From Prevotella sp. (GTDB lineage Bacteria > Bacteroidota > Bacteroidia > Bacteroidales > Dysgonomonadaceae): a DNA stretch of 64,000 nucleotides. A program made the position numbers and the translations under genes. The stretch lies in assembly GCA_031285625.1 (NCBI GenBank), contig JAITVV010000011.1:1-64000 (forward strand), written 5' to 3'. This document shows positions 1 through 10,228 of the stretch, in pieces. The notes below the pieces were generated by a model that was given only the letters and a program-made list of their open reading frames with translations, was not told the DNA's origin and did not search any database. The stretch's first letter is position 1; each line of letters begins with the position of its first letter.

Positions 1-277
1 CTATATTGTTTCAAGTTAATAAGTAAGTAATCTCCATTACCAAAATTAACTAAAACTTATAGCTTATATTTTTGCTATCTATCCATCGCTTCCGATTTTA
101 AACATAGGAACTTTTTATATTTAGGCTATTTAATAAAATTATTTACAAATATAGGAATCTCATTTGAATATCGGCTACATATATCGATTATACATTATAG
201 AAATAACTATTTTTAGTACAATAAAAAATAGCTATCATATTTTCTTTAACATAATACATTGATTTAAAATATATTAT

Positions 278-285
278 TATATTTG
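278..285 (+). promoter_or_regulatory. Bacteroidota sigma70 -7 box (TATATTTG)
   Basis: Matches TAnnTTTG about 95 nt upstream of ATG 382, with TTG at 259-261 as a possible -33 element. Confidence 0.55.
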
Positions 286-381
286 CAAAAATCAAATGAC
301 ACAGAATACCTAAGCCTTCAATAATTTCTTTTATAATTTATACCTGAATAACTTTATATACATTATATAATATACATAACC

Positions 382-1566
382 ATGAAAAAGAAAGGTGTTA
401 ACAGAAGGGATTTTCTACGGCTTTCAGCTACAGTTGGTGCTGGAGCATTATTTATACCCGGAACTACGGCTTCCACACTAGACAAAAGTAATTTTACAAA
501 AAGTAAATATCCGTTACGCACACTAGGAAAAACAGGTATACAACTACCGATCCTCAGTATGGGAGTGATGCGTGCTGATAATCCGAACCTATTAAGGGCT
601 GCATATAATTCCGGTATATTTCATTTTGATACGGCACATGGCTATCAGAATGGAAGAAATGAAGAGATGGTTGGTACATTCTTTGAAGGAAAACCTCGTG
701 ATTCCTTTTTTATTGCAACAAAAGTAAAGATTGATCACCCATTCAAAGACAATTTTGAACAAGAATTGAATGAGAAATTAGATTTAAGTCTGAAGCGTCT
801 TAAAATGGAGTATGTAGATATCTTTTATGCGCATGCATATCAAACTACTGATGAAGTAAAAGATGAAAGAATGATTGCTGAATTGAAAAAAATCAAGGAG
901 AGTGGTAAAGCCCGCTTCATAGGATTTTCGACCCATGCCCATAAACCCGAACAGATCGATGCAGCTATAGAAGCCGGGATATACGATGTAATACTTCTAA
1001 GTTATAACTTCAAGTTACAAAATCTGAAAGAAACGCAGGAAGCTGTTGAAAGAGCAGCTAAAGCCGGAATTGGAATTGTAGCAATGAAAACAATGACAGG
1101 AGGCACAGAAGATGCCGAAGGAAAAAAGAAGATCAATGCACAAGCTTGCCTCAAATGGGCTTGGGAGAATGAATATATCACCACGGCAATCCCAGGATTT
1201 ACAAATTACGATGAATTGGATGAGTGTCTGGCTGCTGCTGAGCATCCCGATATGACAAAGGAAGACAAAGAATATATAGCGATGTTGACTGAGAAAGAGT
1301 TGATGTTCTGTCAGCAATGTGAGCAATGTAAATCGCAGTGTACTGAAAACTTACCTATTCCTGATATAATGCGCGCTTATATGTATACTTATGGATATAA
1401 ATATTCTCAACTATCTAAGGAAACACTTTTAGAGTTAAACTTATCACAGAATGCTTGCTCTTCCTGTGATAGTTGCAGAGTTATCTGCCCTTCAGGGTTT
1501 AACATTGCCGAAAAAATTGCCGCCATAACTCCTGTTATGCAAATACCAAATGAGTTCTTAACATAA
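382..1566 (+). CDS. Aldo/keto reductase with Tat signal and C-terminal 4Fe-4S cysteine cluster
   Basis: NRRDFL twin-arginine leader; R-LGKTG, FDTAHGY and SLKRL..YVD AKR motifs; CxxCxxCxxxC at C-terminus twice. Confidence 0.9.
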   Translation: MKKKGVNRRDFLRLSATVGAGALFIPGTTASTLDKSNFTKSKYPLRTLGKTGIQLPILSMGVMRADNPNLLRAAYNSGIFHFDTAHGYQNGRNEEMVGTFFEGKPRDSFFIATKVKIDHPFKDNFEQELNEKLDLSLKRLKMEYVDIFYAHAYQTTDEVKDERMIAELKKIKESGKARFIGFSTHAHKPEQIDAAIEAGIYDVILLSYNFKLQNLKETQEAVERAAKAGIGIVAMKTMTGGTEDAEGKKKINAQACLKWAWENEYITTAIPGFTNYDELDECLAAAEHPDMTKEDKEYIAMLTEKELMFCQQCEQCKSQCTENLPIPDIMRAYMYTYGYKYSQLSKETLLELNLSQNACSSCDSCRVICPSGFNIAEKIAAITPVMQIPNEFLT

Positions 1567-1577
1567 TATAGAATCAT

Positions 1578-2435
1578 ATGAAATTTATAATAAAAGGATT
1601 TATTCTTCTTTGTTTTTCTGTACAATGTGCACTTGCGCAAACGCCTCAGGAATTAAAATCATACTTACCGGCTATTCCTGATTGGACTATTTCGGAAAAG
1701 GTTGAAATATTTTCCCCTGACAATCTCTTTGACAGGATAAATGGTGCTGCGCCTCTATTTATCGAAAATAATTTCAGGGAGATGACTTCAATGGAGTATG
1801 CAAATGCTGACAACTATATTACAATACAAGCATATCGTCATGCAACACCCGAAGATGCATTTGGTATGTATGCATCCGAACGCTCTCCCGATCTTACATT
1901 CTTCCCTTTTGCAGGAGAGGCGCAAGGTGATGACAGCAGTGTGTTCTTTTTTGCCGGAAATATATATGTAAAGATGTGGTGTAGTTCATCTGAAAATATT
2001 AGTGATATATTGCAGTCTATAGCTAAAGGCCTTTCCGAAAAGATTGATCCGAAAGCAGGCTATCCTGATATTTTGAAGAAATTCCCTACAGAGGATAAGA
2101 TAGTACATAGTGAAACATATATAACATCCAGTTACATAGGCCATGAATTCCTTAAATGTGTATATACTGCTAAATATAAAAAGGACGGTAAATCTTTTCA
2201 GGTTTTTATAGTAGATGGAAAAACAAAAGAAGGTGCAAAAGAAATTTTAGATAAATACTTCACTTTTACCAAGCAACCACTGGATTATAAGGAAGGAAAA
2301 CTATTAATAACAGACAGGTATAATGGGGATATTCCTGTAATATGGAAAAACCAATATATAATAGGTATATTCTCTGAAGATGGCAATGTAATTACAGGTG
2401 ATGATTTCCTAACAGGAATCTCCAGTAAATTATAA
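1578..2435 (+). CDS. Exported protein, DUF6599-like
   Basis: Signal peptide; LFDRINGAA and DAFGMYASER motifs resemble the family usually found next to Tat AKRs; 11 nt after the AKR stop. Confidence 0.65.
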   Translation: MKFIIKGFILLCFSVQCALAQTPQELKSYLPAIPDWTISEKVEIFSPDNLFDRINGAAPLFIENNFREMTSMEYANADNYITIQAYRHATPEDAFGMYASERSPDLTFFPFAGEAQGDDSSVFFFAGNIYVKMWCSSSENISDILQSIAKGLSEKIDPKAGYPDILKKFPTEDKIVHSETYITSSYIGHEFLKCVYTAKYKKDGKSFQVFIVDGKTKEGAKEILDKYFTFTKQPLDYKEGKLLITDRYNGDIPVIWKNQYIIGIFSEDGNVITGDDFLTGISSKL

Positions 2436-2455
2436 TGAGTCCTTACACAGTATAG

Positions 2456-2487
2456 AAAGCTCAATGTCACTTATACATTGAGCTTTT
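2456..2487 (+). terminator. Intrinsic terminator
   Basis: AAAGCTCAATGT-cacttat-ACATTGAGCTTT perfect 12-bp stem followed by T-rich sequence. Confidence 0.8.
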
Positions 2488-2627
2488 GTCTTTATAATAT
2501 TTCATCAAACACCATCTTAACTGTGAATAAACATTAAAAATTCAATAGCAGATTAAACCTTTATATTTATTTTATATCTGACATTTGGGTGTCATATATT
2601 TCCACCTCAATATAGATTAATTTCACC

Positions 2628-3731
2628 ATGAACAAAAAGACAAAAATAGCTCTGATTATCATCATTGTGCTGCTTATTGCCGGAATGGCCTTTTATCCAA
2701 AAATTAAAGCTATCATTACAGCTAGTGACGACCCTGCTCCGGTAACGGATAGTAAAGGAAGTGGAGGCAGGACAATATTAAACGTAAATGCACAGGTACT
2801 GAAACACGAAAATCTGAATGATGTAATCAGAGTAAAAGGGCTTCTTATACCAGATGAAGAAGTGGACCTCTCTTTCGAAACTTCCGGTAAAATAACAGAA
2901 ATACATTTTAAAGAAGGTTCTAATGTAAGAAAAGGCCAATTGTTGGCAAAAGTAAACGATAAACCATTACAAGCTGAATTACTCAAATTAGAAGCACAGA
3001 TTCCCCTTGCTGAAGACCGGGTTTTCCGGCAAAAATCTTTATTAGCAAAGGATGCTGTCAGTCAGGAAGCATACGAATCTGTAAATACCGAACTTGAAAA
3101 ACTGAAAGCCGATATAGAACTGGTTAAATCGAGAATATTGCAAACAGAACTACGGGCACCCTTTGATGGTGTTATAGGATTAAGGCAGGTTAGTGAAGGC
3201 ACATACGCATCGCCTTCGATAATAATATCCCGGTTAACGCGAATCACTCCGTTAAAAATAGAATTTTCCGTAAACGAGTCGCAGGTAAATAATGTTAAGC
3301 CAGGTACTCCCCTGACCTTTACATTTGATAACGATTTGAACAAATATCAAGCTAGCGTATACGCGGTTGAGTCTAATCTGGACAGACAAACCCTCACATT
3401 AAAAGCCCGTGCACTATATCCAAATCCGGGAGGCAAACTTAAACCGGGTCTTTCTACAAACATTGAAATTAAATTACAGGAAATAAAAAATACAATAGTC
3501 ATACCAAGTCTGTCAACTATTGCAGAAATGGGACGAGATATAGCCTATGTTTACAAAGAAGGCAAAGCACATCAGGTAGTTCTAAAAAAAGGTATGCGTA
3601 CAGCATCTTCAGTACAAATATTGAACGGACTAAATATAGGAGATACACTACTTGTTACAGGAGTTATGCAATTGCGTGACGGACTACCTGTTACTATAGA
3701 TAACTTTGTAGTAAATGAACCAGTAAACTAA
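2628..3731 (+). CDS. RND efflux periplasmic adaptor (MFP) subunit
   Basis: N-terminal membrane anchor; G..V.KGQLL and LRAPFDGVIG lipoyl-like motifs; directly upstream of RND permease. Confidence 0.93.
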   Translation: MNKKTKIALIIIIVLLIAGMAFYPKIKAIITASDDPAPVTDSKGSGGRTILNVNAQVLKHENLNDVIRVKGLLIPDEEVDLSFETSGKITEIHFKEGSNVRKGQLLAKVNDKPLQAELLKLEAQIPLAEDRVFRQKSLLAKDAVSQEAYESVNTELEKLKADIELVKSRILQTELRAPFDGVIGLRQVSEGTYASPSIIISRLTRITPLKIEFSVNESQVNNVKPGTPLTFTFDNDLNKYQASVYAVESNLDRQTLTLKARALYPNPGGKLKPGLSTNIEIKLQEIKNTIVIPSLSTIAEMGRDIAYVYKEGKAHQVVLKKGMRTASSVQILNGLNIGDTLLVTGVMQLRDGLPVTIDNFVVNEPVN

Positions 3732-3753
3732 ATAGAGAAATCAGAACTAACAA

Positions 3754-6700
3754 ATGACAATATCTGAATTAAGTATTAAGCGTCCGGTATTAGCTACAGT
3801 TTTTGTACTGATTATATTCTTATTGGGAATGATTGGTTACACCTATCTGGGCGTACGGGAGTATCCCAACATTGATAATCCTATTATTTCGGTAAATGTA
3901 ACTTACCCTGGGGCAAATGCCGAGATCATTGAAAATCAGATAACAGAGCCTCTGGAACAAAACATAAACGGCATCCCCGGTATCAGATCTTTAACCAGTA
4001 GCAGTAGTCAGGGTTCTTGTAGAATTACTGTAGAATTTGAATTATCGGTGGATCTGGAAACTGCTGCAAATGACGTCAGGGATAAGGTATCACGTGCTCA
4101 GCGTTATCTACCCCGCGACTGTGACCCTCCTACTGTATCAAAGGCCGATGCCGATGCAAATCCAATTATACAGATCAGTATTCAGAGCGAAAAACGTTCT
4201 TTACTGGAACTCAGTGAAATTGCTGAGTTAACTGTAAAAGAGAGACTACAAACCATTCCAAATGTAAGTGCTGTTGAAATATGGGGACAAAACCGATACT
4301 CGATGCGCTTATGGCTTGACCCTGTAAAAATGGCATCGTATGGTATAACTCCTATGGATGTAAAAAATGCTGTAGACAGGGAAAATGTGGAACTTCCTTC
4401 GGGTAGTATCGAAGGTGATAATCTGGAACTCTCTATCCGTACCTTGGGATTGATGCAAACTCCTGAAGAATTTAACAACATGATTATCAAAGAAGATAAT
4501 TACAATGTTGTAAGATTTATGGACGTAGGTACGGCTGAACTAGGTACAGAAAATCATAGAAGCATAATGCGGCGTAACGGAGTACCAGCAGTCAGCACAG
4601 TTATTATCCCACAGCCCGGAGCAAACCAGATAGAGATATCAGATGAAGCAATGATTCGTCTGGAGCAATTAAAAAAAGACTTACCGGAAGATGTTGAAAT
4701 CGGTGTTGCGTTTGATAATACAAAATTTATTAGAGCATCTATAGCCGAAGTTGAAGAAACAGTCTATATAGCATTCATACTTGTTGTTATAATTATTTTC
4801 CTGTTTCTCCGTGATTGGCGTGTAACACTTGTCCCATGCGTCGTGATCCCGGTGTCTCTGGTTGGTGCATTCTTTGTTATGTATGTCGCCGGGTTTTCTA
4901 TCAATGTATTGTCTATGCTTGCCGTAGTACTTGCTGTAGGCTTGGTGGTAGATGATGCTATTGTTGTCACGGAAAATATCTACCTGAAAATAGAAAGCGG
5001 TATGACCCCGAAAGAAGCGGGAATAGAGGGCTCTAAGGAAATCTTTTTTGCTGTAATTTCTACAACAATCACCTTAGTGGCCGTGTTCTTTCCTATCGTC
5101 TTTCTGGAAGGAATGACTGGACGGTTGTTCCGGGAATTCAGTATTGTGGTGGCCGGAGCTGTATTAATATCAGCTTTTGTAGCTCTGACTTTTACACCAA
5201 TGTTATCAACAAAATTGCTAAAAAAGGTCGATCAGCCGAATTGGTTTTATCGCAAAACTGAACCATTTTTCCAATGGTTAACAAATGGCTATCATAACGG
5301 GTTACAACATTTCCTCAAATATAAAGTGATTATATGGCCCATAATAGCACTAACCTTAGCAGGTATTGGCTATTTAGTAAGTATAATTCCCTCTGAGATG
5401 GCTCCTTTGGAAGACCGTTCACAAATAACTATCAGAACGAGTGGTCCTGAGGGCTCTACATATGAATATAACAGAAATTACACTGAAAAAATTGCCGTAA
5501 TTGCAGACTCTGTATCTCCCGAAAGACTTATAAATACAATGCGAGTATGGACTGGTGGAGGTATGGTTAGTTTAAATCTACCGGATATAAAAGATCGTAA
5601 ACGAAGCCAGATGGAGATTGCGGGCGAATTAACCAAAGCTGTGAGAAAAGAAACTGCAGCCAGAACATTCGTACAACAACAATCCACATTTGGGGGAAGG
5701 CGTTCCAGTATGCCTATACAATATGTATTACAAGCTAATAATATTGCAAAACTGGAAGAATTCATCCCCGAATTTATGAAGAAAGTACAGGAAAGCCCGA
5801 TGTTTCAGATGGCAGATGTGAACCTTAAGTTTACAAAGCCTGAAACACGAATCATAATAGACAGGGATAAAGCTGCACTGCTAGGTGTCAGTACACGTGA
5901 CATAGGGCAAACGCTGCAATATGCACTTAGCGGGCAACGTATGGGATACTTCTATATGAATGGAAAGCAATACCAGATATTGGGTGAGATTAATCGTCAG
6001 CAACGAAATACCCCTCTGGATCTAAAGTCTATATATCTGAAAAATCTGACAGGAGGTATGATTCAGATGGATAATCTGGTCAGATTGGAAGAAAGTGTTG
6101 CACCTCCGCAATTATATCGCTACAATAGGTTTAACTCTGCAACAATTTCCGCAGGATTGTCACCAGGTGTTACTATCGGTGCAGGATTGGACGAAATGGA
6201 TCGTATTGCAAAAGAAACTCTTGACGATACTTTCCGTACAGCACTTGCCGGAGATTCTAAAGATTTCAGGGAAAGCTCCTCCAGCCTTATGTTTGCATTT
6301 ATATTGGCTATATTACTTATCTTCCTTATTCTGGCAGCACAGTTCGAGAGTTTTAAAGATCCGTTTGTTATCATGCTTACAGTACCTTTAGCTATCGCCG
6401 GAGCTCTATTATTTATGTACGTCAAAGATATAACAATGAATATATTCAGTCAGATTGGTATAATCATGCTAATAGGACTGGTTGCAAAAAACGGTATTCT
6501 GATTGTTGAATTTGCAAATCAGAGACAAGATGCGGGAATGAGTAAACTGGAAGCTATCCAGGGAGCAGCTGTTCAGCGTTTACGTCCTATCCTAATGACC
6601 AGTTTCTCTACAGTTTTGGGACTATTACCATTGGTATTTGCCAGTGCAGAAGGTGCCAACGGACGTATGGCTATGGGGGTTGCTGTAATCGGGGGTATGA

Positions 6701-6786
6701 TGGTATCTACATTGTTAACGATCTTTATAGTACCTGCCATGTATTTATATATATCTACAAATAGAGAGAAGAAAATAGTTAAGTAA
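3754..6786 (+). CDS. RND efflux permease (AcrB/AcrD/AcrF family)
   Basis: 1010 aa; SIKRPV start, GLVVDDAIVVTENI, GLVAKNGILIVEFA and RLRPILMT motifs. Confidence 0.96.
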   Translation: MTISELSIKRPVLATVFVLIIFLLGMIGYTYLGVREYPNIDNPIISVNVTYPGANAEIIENQITEPLEQNINGIPGIRSLTSSSSQGSCRITVEFELSVDLETAANDVRDKVSRAQRYLPRDCDPPTVSKADADANPIIQISIQSEKRSLLELSEIAELTVKERLQTIPNVSAVEIWGQNRYSMRLWLDPVKMASYGITPMDVKNAVDRENVELPSGSIEGDNLELSIRTLGLMQTPEEFNNMIIKEDNYNVVRFMDVGTAELGTENHRSIMRRNGVPAVSTVIIPQPGANQIEISDEAMIRLEQLKKDLPEDVEIGVAFDNTKFIRASIAEVEETVYIAFILVVIIIFLFLRDWRVTLVPCVVIPVSLVGAFFVMYVAGFSINVLSMLAVVLAVGLVVDDAIVVTENIYLKIESGMTPKEAGIEGSKEIFFAVISTTITLVAVFFPIVFLEGMTGRLFREFSIVVAGAVLISAFVALTFTPMLSTKLLKKVDQPNWFYRKTEPFFQWLTNGYHNGLQHFLKYKVIIWPIIALTLAGIGYLVSIIPSEMAPLEDRSQITIRTSGPEGSTYEYNRNYTEKIAVIADSVSPERLINTMRVWTGGGMVSLNLPDIKDRKRSQMEIAGELTKAVRKETAARTFVQQQSTFGGRRSSMPIQYVLQANNIAKLEEFIPEFMKKVQESPMFQMADVNLKFTKPETRIIIDRDKAALLGVSTRDIGQTLQYALSGQRMGYFYMNGKQYQILGEINRQQRNTPLDLKSIYLKNLTGGMIQMDNLVRLEESVAPPQLYRYNRFNSATISAGLSPGVTIGAGLDEMDRIAKETLDDTFRTALAGDSKDFRESSSSLMFAFILAILLIFLILAAQFESFKDPFVIMLTVPLAIAGALLFMYVKDITMNIFSQIGIIMLIGLVAKNGILIVEFANQRQDAGMSKLEAIQGAAVQRLRPILMTSFSTVLGLLPLVFASAEGANGRMAMGVAVIGGMMVSTLLTIFIVPAMYLYISTNREKKIVK

Positions 6787-6872
6787 TTTATCTATAATAA
6801 ACAGATTTAGAATAAAGGTTACAAAAGGTAACATAAAATAACCATTAAAAGCTGTTACTTTTGTCACTTTTT
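6786..6872 (+). repeat. GTAACA/TGTTACTTTTGTCAC intergenic element, copy 1
   Basis: TTATCT 6788, GTAACA ending 6833, core TGTTACTTTTGTCACTTTT 6853-6871. Confidence 0.8.
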
Positions 6873-6893
6873 AGAGAAAGTATAATTAAAATT

Positions 6894-8216
6894 ATGAAAA
6901 AATATTTTTCAATCGTAGTACTGCTCATAGCTTTCCCATGCATATCTGATGCACAAGTTGTGTATAACTTGAAAAGATGTATCGAGACCGGATTAAGGCA
7001 AAACTATGATATCCGTATAATACGTAATAACCAAGAGATTTCAGATAATAATCTCACTATTGGAAATGCCGGGTATTTACCGACGATTGATCTAAATGGA
7101 GGATATTCGGGAACTCTGAATAATACTACCCAGAATTTATCCAATGGAGATAAAAACAAGGATAACGGTGTGCTCAACCAAACACTAAATGCAGGGGTAA
7201 ATCTCAATTGGACTGTTTTTGATGGATTCAACATTCAGACAAACTACAAACGACTGAAAGAATTGCAGAAAATGGGCGAACTCAATACTCGATTGACAAT
7301 CGAAAATTTTATTTCCAATCTGACTTCAGAATATTATAACTATATACAGCAAACTATACGTTTAAAGAATCTCAAATCAGCTGTAAAGCTATCAAAAGAA
7401 CGTTTACGCATAGTTGAGGCGCGTTACGAAATCGGAGCAGGATCACGTTTGGATATGCAACAGGCGAAAGTAGACTTCAATAGCGATAGTTCAAGGTTGA
7501 TTAAGCAATATGAAGTATTGCACACATCACGCACATTATTGAATCAATTGATGGCTGCTGATAATATCGACCAGATAATTATTACGTCCGATTCCGTTAT
7601 AAAATTCAATGAATATCTGAATAAAGAGAATATCTGGCAAAACACACTGTCGTCAAATTCATTTCTATTATTAGCGGGAAAAAATAAAAACCTAAGCCTG
7701 CTTGACCTGAAGGCCGCTCAAAGCGAGAATTACCCATATCTCAGACTAAATGCAGGGTATGGTTATACAAAGAATATATATAATACAGGAACAATAGATA
7801 ATCAGAATAATCTTGGATTGAGTTATGGACTAACAGTAGGATTTAATCTATTTAACGGCTTTAATAATAAAAGAAAACAAAAAAATGCCCGGATAGAGAT
7901 TGAAAATAAAGAACTGGAATATCAGCAAACTATACTATCGTTGAAAGCCGATCTATCTAACATATGGATGGCTTACAAAAATAATATAGAACTAACGAAT
8001 CTGGAGAAAGAAAATGTAGAGACTGCCCGGGAAAATCATGAGATTGCAATAGAACGTTACAAGCTGGGAGACCTATCGGGAATAGAATTACGTGAGGCTC
8101 AAAATAGTTTACTCGAAGCTGAAGAACGATTAGTGCAGGCAGAATATAATACTAAACTATGTGAGATATCATTGATGCAAATAAGTGGGCAAGTTCTTTC
8201 ATATTCTGAGCAATAA
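6894..8216 (+). CDS. TolC family outer membrane efflux channel
   Basis: ATG 6894 gives a signal peptide (MKKYFSIVVLL); the upstream TTG 6861 lies inside the repeat; YLPTIDL, ARYEIGAGSRLD and RYKLGDLSGIELREAQ OEP repeats. Confidence 0.92.
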   Translation: MKKYFSIVVLLIAFPCISDAQVVYNLKRCIETGLRQNYDIRIIRNNQEISDNNLTIGNAGYLPTIDLNGGYSGTLNNTTQNLSNGDKNKDNGVLNQTLNAGVNLNWTVFDGFNIQTNYKRLKELQKMGELNTRLTIENFISNLTSEYYNYIQQTIRLKNLKSAVKLSKERLRIVEARYEIGAGSRLDMQQAKVDFNSDSSRLIKQYEVLHTSRTLLNQLMAADNIDQIIITSDSVIKFNEYLNKENIWQNTLSSNSFLLLAGKNKNLSLLDLKAAQSENYPYLRLNAGYGYTKNIYNTGTIDNQNNLGLSYGLTVGFNLFNGFNNKRKQKNARIEIENKELEYQQTILSLKADLSNIWMAYKNNIELTNLEKENVETARENHEIAIERYKLGDLSGIELREAQNSLLEAEERLVQAEYNTKLCEISLMQISGQVLSYSEQ

Positions 8217-8394
8217 AACAACGAACACATAATATTATTAAACAAAAATCATATATTCGCAACAAAATATACAGATCAGATACAGAAATCAATATATACT
8301 AATAAACAATTAATATGCAACACTATAAACAACGAGAATATCTGATAAAACGAATAAAATTACACCTATTCGCAACCAATAAAAATGAAGCGCA

Positions 8395-9018
8395 TCATTT
8401 CCGTCCAAAGTCAGCAGGAATTTCTCCCCATTCGCTTGTTTTCCATTTGATAATGGGAGTACTATAAGTGTTTTCTCTCAACCATTTTTCGGCACGCTCT
8501 ATCATATAAAACAAAGATTCATTTTCAGGAACTCTTTCCAATTTAGTCTTGCATTTCTTCTCTCTTACCCATTTTATAGCATTCACACTATCTGAATAAA
8601 TAGGTATGGAAAGGTTCTTCTGCTTCAGTAATGCTAATCCATGTACTAAAGCCAAGAACTCACCAATATTATTTGTACCTTGTTCGAAAGGGCCTTGCTT
8701 GAATACTTCTTCTCCAGTCTTAATATAGACCCCTCTATATTCGAGTAAACCGGGATTACCACTACATGCAGCATCTACAGAAAGACTGTCTTTTATTATT
8801 TCGGGTATATTATTTATAGATACTTTCTTCTTTTCAGCCTGCTTTCCAACATAAAGCCAGGGACTATCATTATAAGCTTTTTCAGCAGCCTCCTTATTTG
8901 GAAACGATTTATAAATAGCCCCATCATAACCATCTACTTGTGCCTTACATTCAGGCCAAGATGAATATACTCCAGGCTTAATACCATTCCAAACTACATA
9001 AAAATTCTTTTTTGCCAC
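8395..9018 (-). CDS. rnhA: Ribonuclease HI with N-terminal hybrid-binding (viroplasmin) domain
   Basis: FYVVWNG.KPGVY.SW.EC N-domain; VDAACSGNPG, TNNIGEFLA, YSDS and WGEIPADFGRK. Confidence 0.92.
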   Translation of the reverse strand: MAKKNFYVVWNGIKPGVYSSWPECKAQVDGYDGAIYKSFPNKEAAEKAYNDSPWLYVGKQAEKKKVSINNIPEIIKDSLSVDAACSGNPGLLEYRGVYIKTGEEVFKQGPFEQGTNNIGEFLALVHGLALLKQKNLSIPIYSDSVNAIKWVREKKCKTKLERVPENESLFYMIERAEKWLRENTYSTPIIKWKTSEWGEIPADFGRK

Positions 9019-9036
9019 AATATTATGTCATAAAAC

Positions 9037-9074
9037 AAAAAATATCTGTAAGGATTCTTACAGATACCTTTTTT
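9037..9074 (-). terminator. Intrinsic terminator (possibly bidirectional)
   Basis: TATCTGTAAG-gatt-CTTACAGATA stem flanked by A and T runs. Confidence 0.7.
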
Positions 9075-9089
9075 AATCTATAGTGCTAT

Positions 9090-9374
9090 TTATTTTTCAT
9101 CGAAAAAATCAGAGGCTTTCTTACGAGCCTTATCTGCAATATCATCAACTTTATCTACAAATTTATCTGTATAGCTTTGGGTTTGTTTCGATACATCTGA
9201 AAATAAATTTCTTGCTTTAGAGAGGAAATCTTCCGTTTTTCCTTTAAAGAATTTATCCCAATCGATATCAAGACCTTCCTTATCCATATAGTCTTTAACT
9301 ATAGATACAGCTTTTACAGCTTGTTCTGTTGTCAGTCCGGCTTCGTCCTGTAGTTTCTTTATTAAATTTTCCAT
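9090..9374 (-). CDS. Small hypothetical protein
   Basis: 94 aa, helical and charged, followed by a terminator. Confidence 0.7.
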   Translation of the reverse strand: MENLIKKLQDEAGLTTEQAVKAVSIVKDYMDKEGLDIDWDKFFKGKTEDFLSKARNLFSDVSKQTQSYTDKFVDKVDDIADKARKKASDFFDEK

Positions 9375-9458
9375 TGTAAAACCTTTTAATGCCTATTAGT
9401 AATCTATTTAGTTAGAAAACAATCAGACGATATATAAAGTTTGAAAATTCATATAAAA

Positions 9459-10196
9459 TCAGAAACGGAAACCGATAGAGGCTGAAAAGTTGCGATTCTT
9501 TAACTCCGGATTGCTGCGTGAAATATTATAAAGCCCATACTCATATGATATAATGAAAGTATATATATCATATATCACTCCCACATGAGCATTTAAACCA
9601 TAATCTAACCGCCTCCACATATCAGGGGTAAATGTGTCATATTCACCATCACTCTTATCAGTAACAGGATCAACTCCTTCCGGACCATTTCGATAAGTTA
9701 CTTCTGTGGCAAAATCTCCTTTTCCTTTATAGCCATAGGCTAAATATGCTCCAGCATTAATATTAAAGGCCCATAGTTTGGTAACATATAATTCATAACC
9801 CAAATTGAATGGCACCTGTAAATAGTTACCTGTAGTAGTTCTACGCTCACTGTAATTCAGAACATATATATTGGGATCAGAAGCCCCAAAACCATCCGGA
9901 GCCTTTTTTATATGTTGTTTCAAACCTTTTTTAGTAACAAAGAATCCGGTTTGAAACTGAAAATTATCTATAAGTTTATAATTTACATTAATCCCCAGAT
10001 TTAAACCAATTTTGGGTTGCTTAAATTTATTAACCCCTACTTCATTTACGGCATCCCACATATCCATTTCAGAAATGTTCACTCCTGCACGAATATCAAC
10101 TGTAAGCCTTTTTTTAGGTATATATTGAGCATTAACAGCCGTAATGCTACAAAGAAAGAAACTAATAAGTAGTGATATTTTTATAACTATTTTCAT
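9459..10196 (-). CDS. Outer membrane beta-barrel protein (porin/PorT-like family)
   Basis: Signal peptide; RAGVNIS, NYLQVP and C-terminal SIGFRF; TAACTTTG promoter at 10215-10222 (-). Confidence 0.85.
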   Translation of the reverse strand: MKIVIKISLLISFFLCSITAVNAQYIPKKRLTVDIRAGVNISEMDMWDAVNEVGVNKFKQPKIGLNLGINVNYKLIDNFQFQTGFFVTKKGLKQHIKKAPDGFGASDPNIYVLNYSERRTTTGNYLQVPFNLGYELYVTKLWAFNINAGAYLAYGYKGKGDFATEVTYRNGPEGVDPVTDKSDGEYDTFTPDMWRRLDYGLNAHVGVIYDIYTFIISYEYGLYNISRSNPELKNRNFSASIGFRF

Positions 10197-10228
10197 AAAG
10201 TCAGCATATTACTGCAAAGTTAGAATAA

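Noticed and set aside
6814-6871. GTAACA-N19-21-TGTTAC as an invertible promoter
   Set aside because: The spacer is only about 20 bp, the -7 box lies in the arm rather than inside the segment, and no invertase gene is in the window
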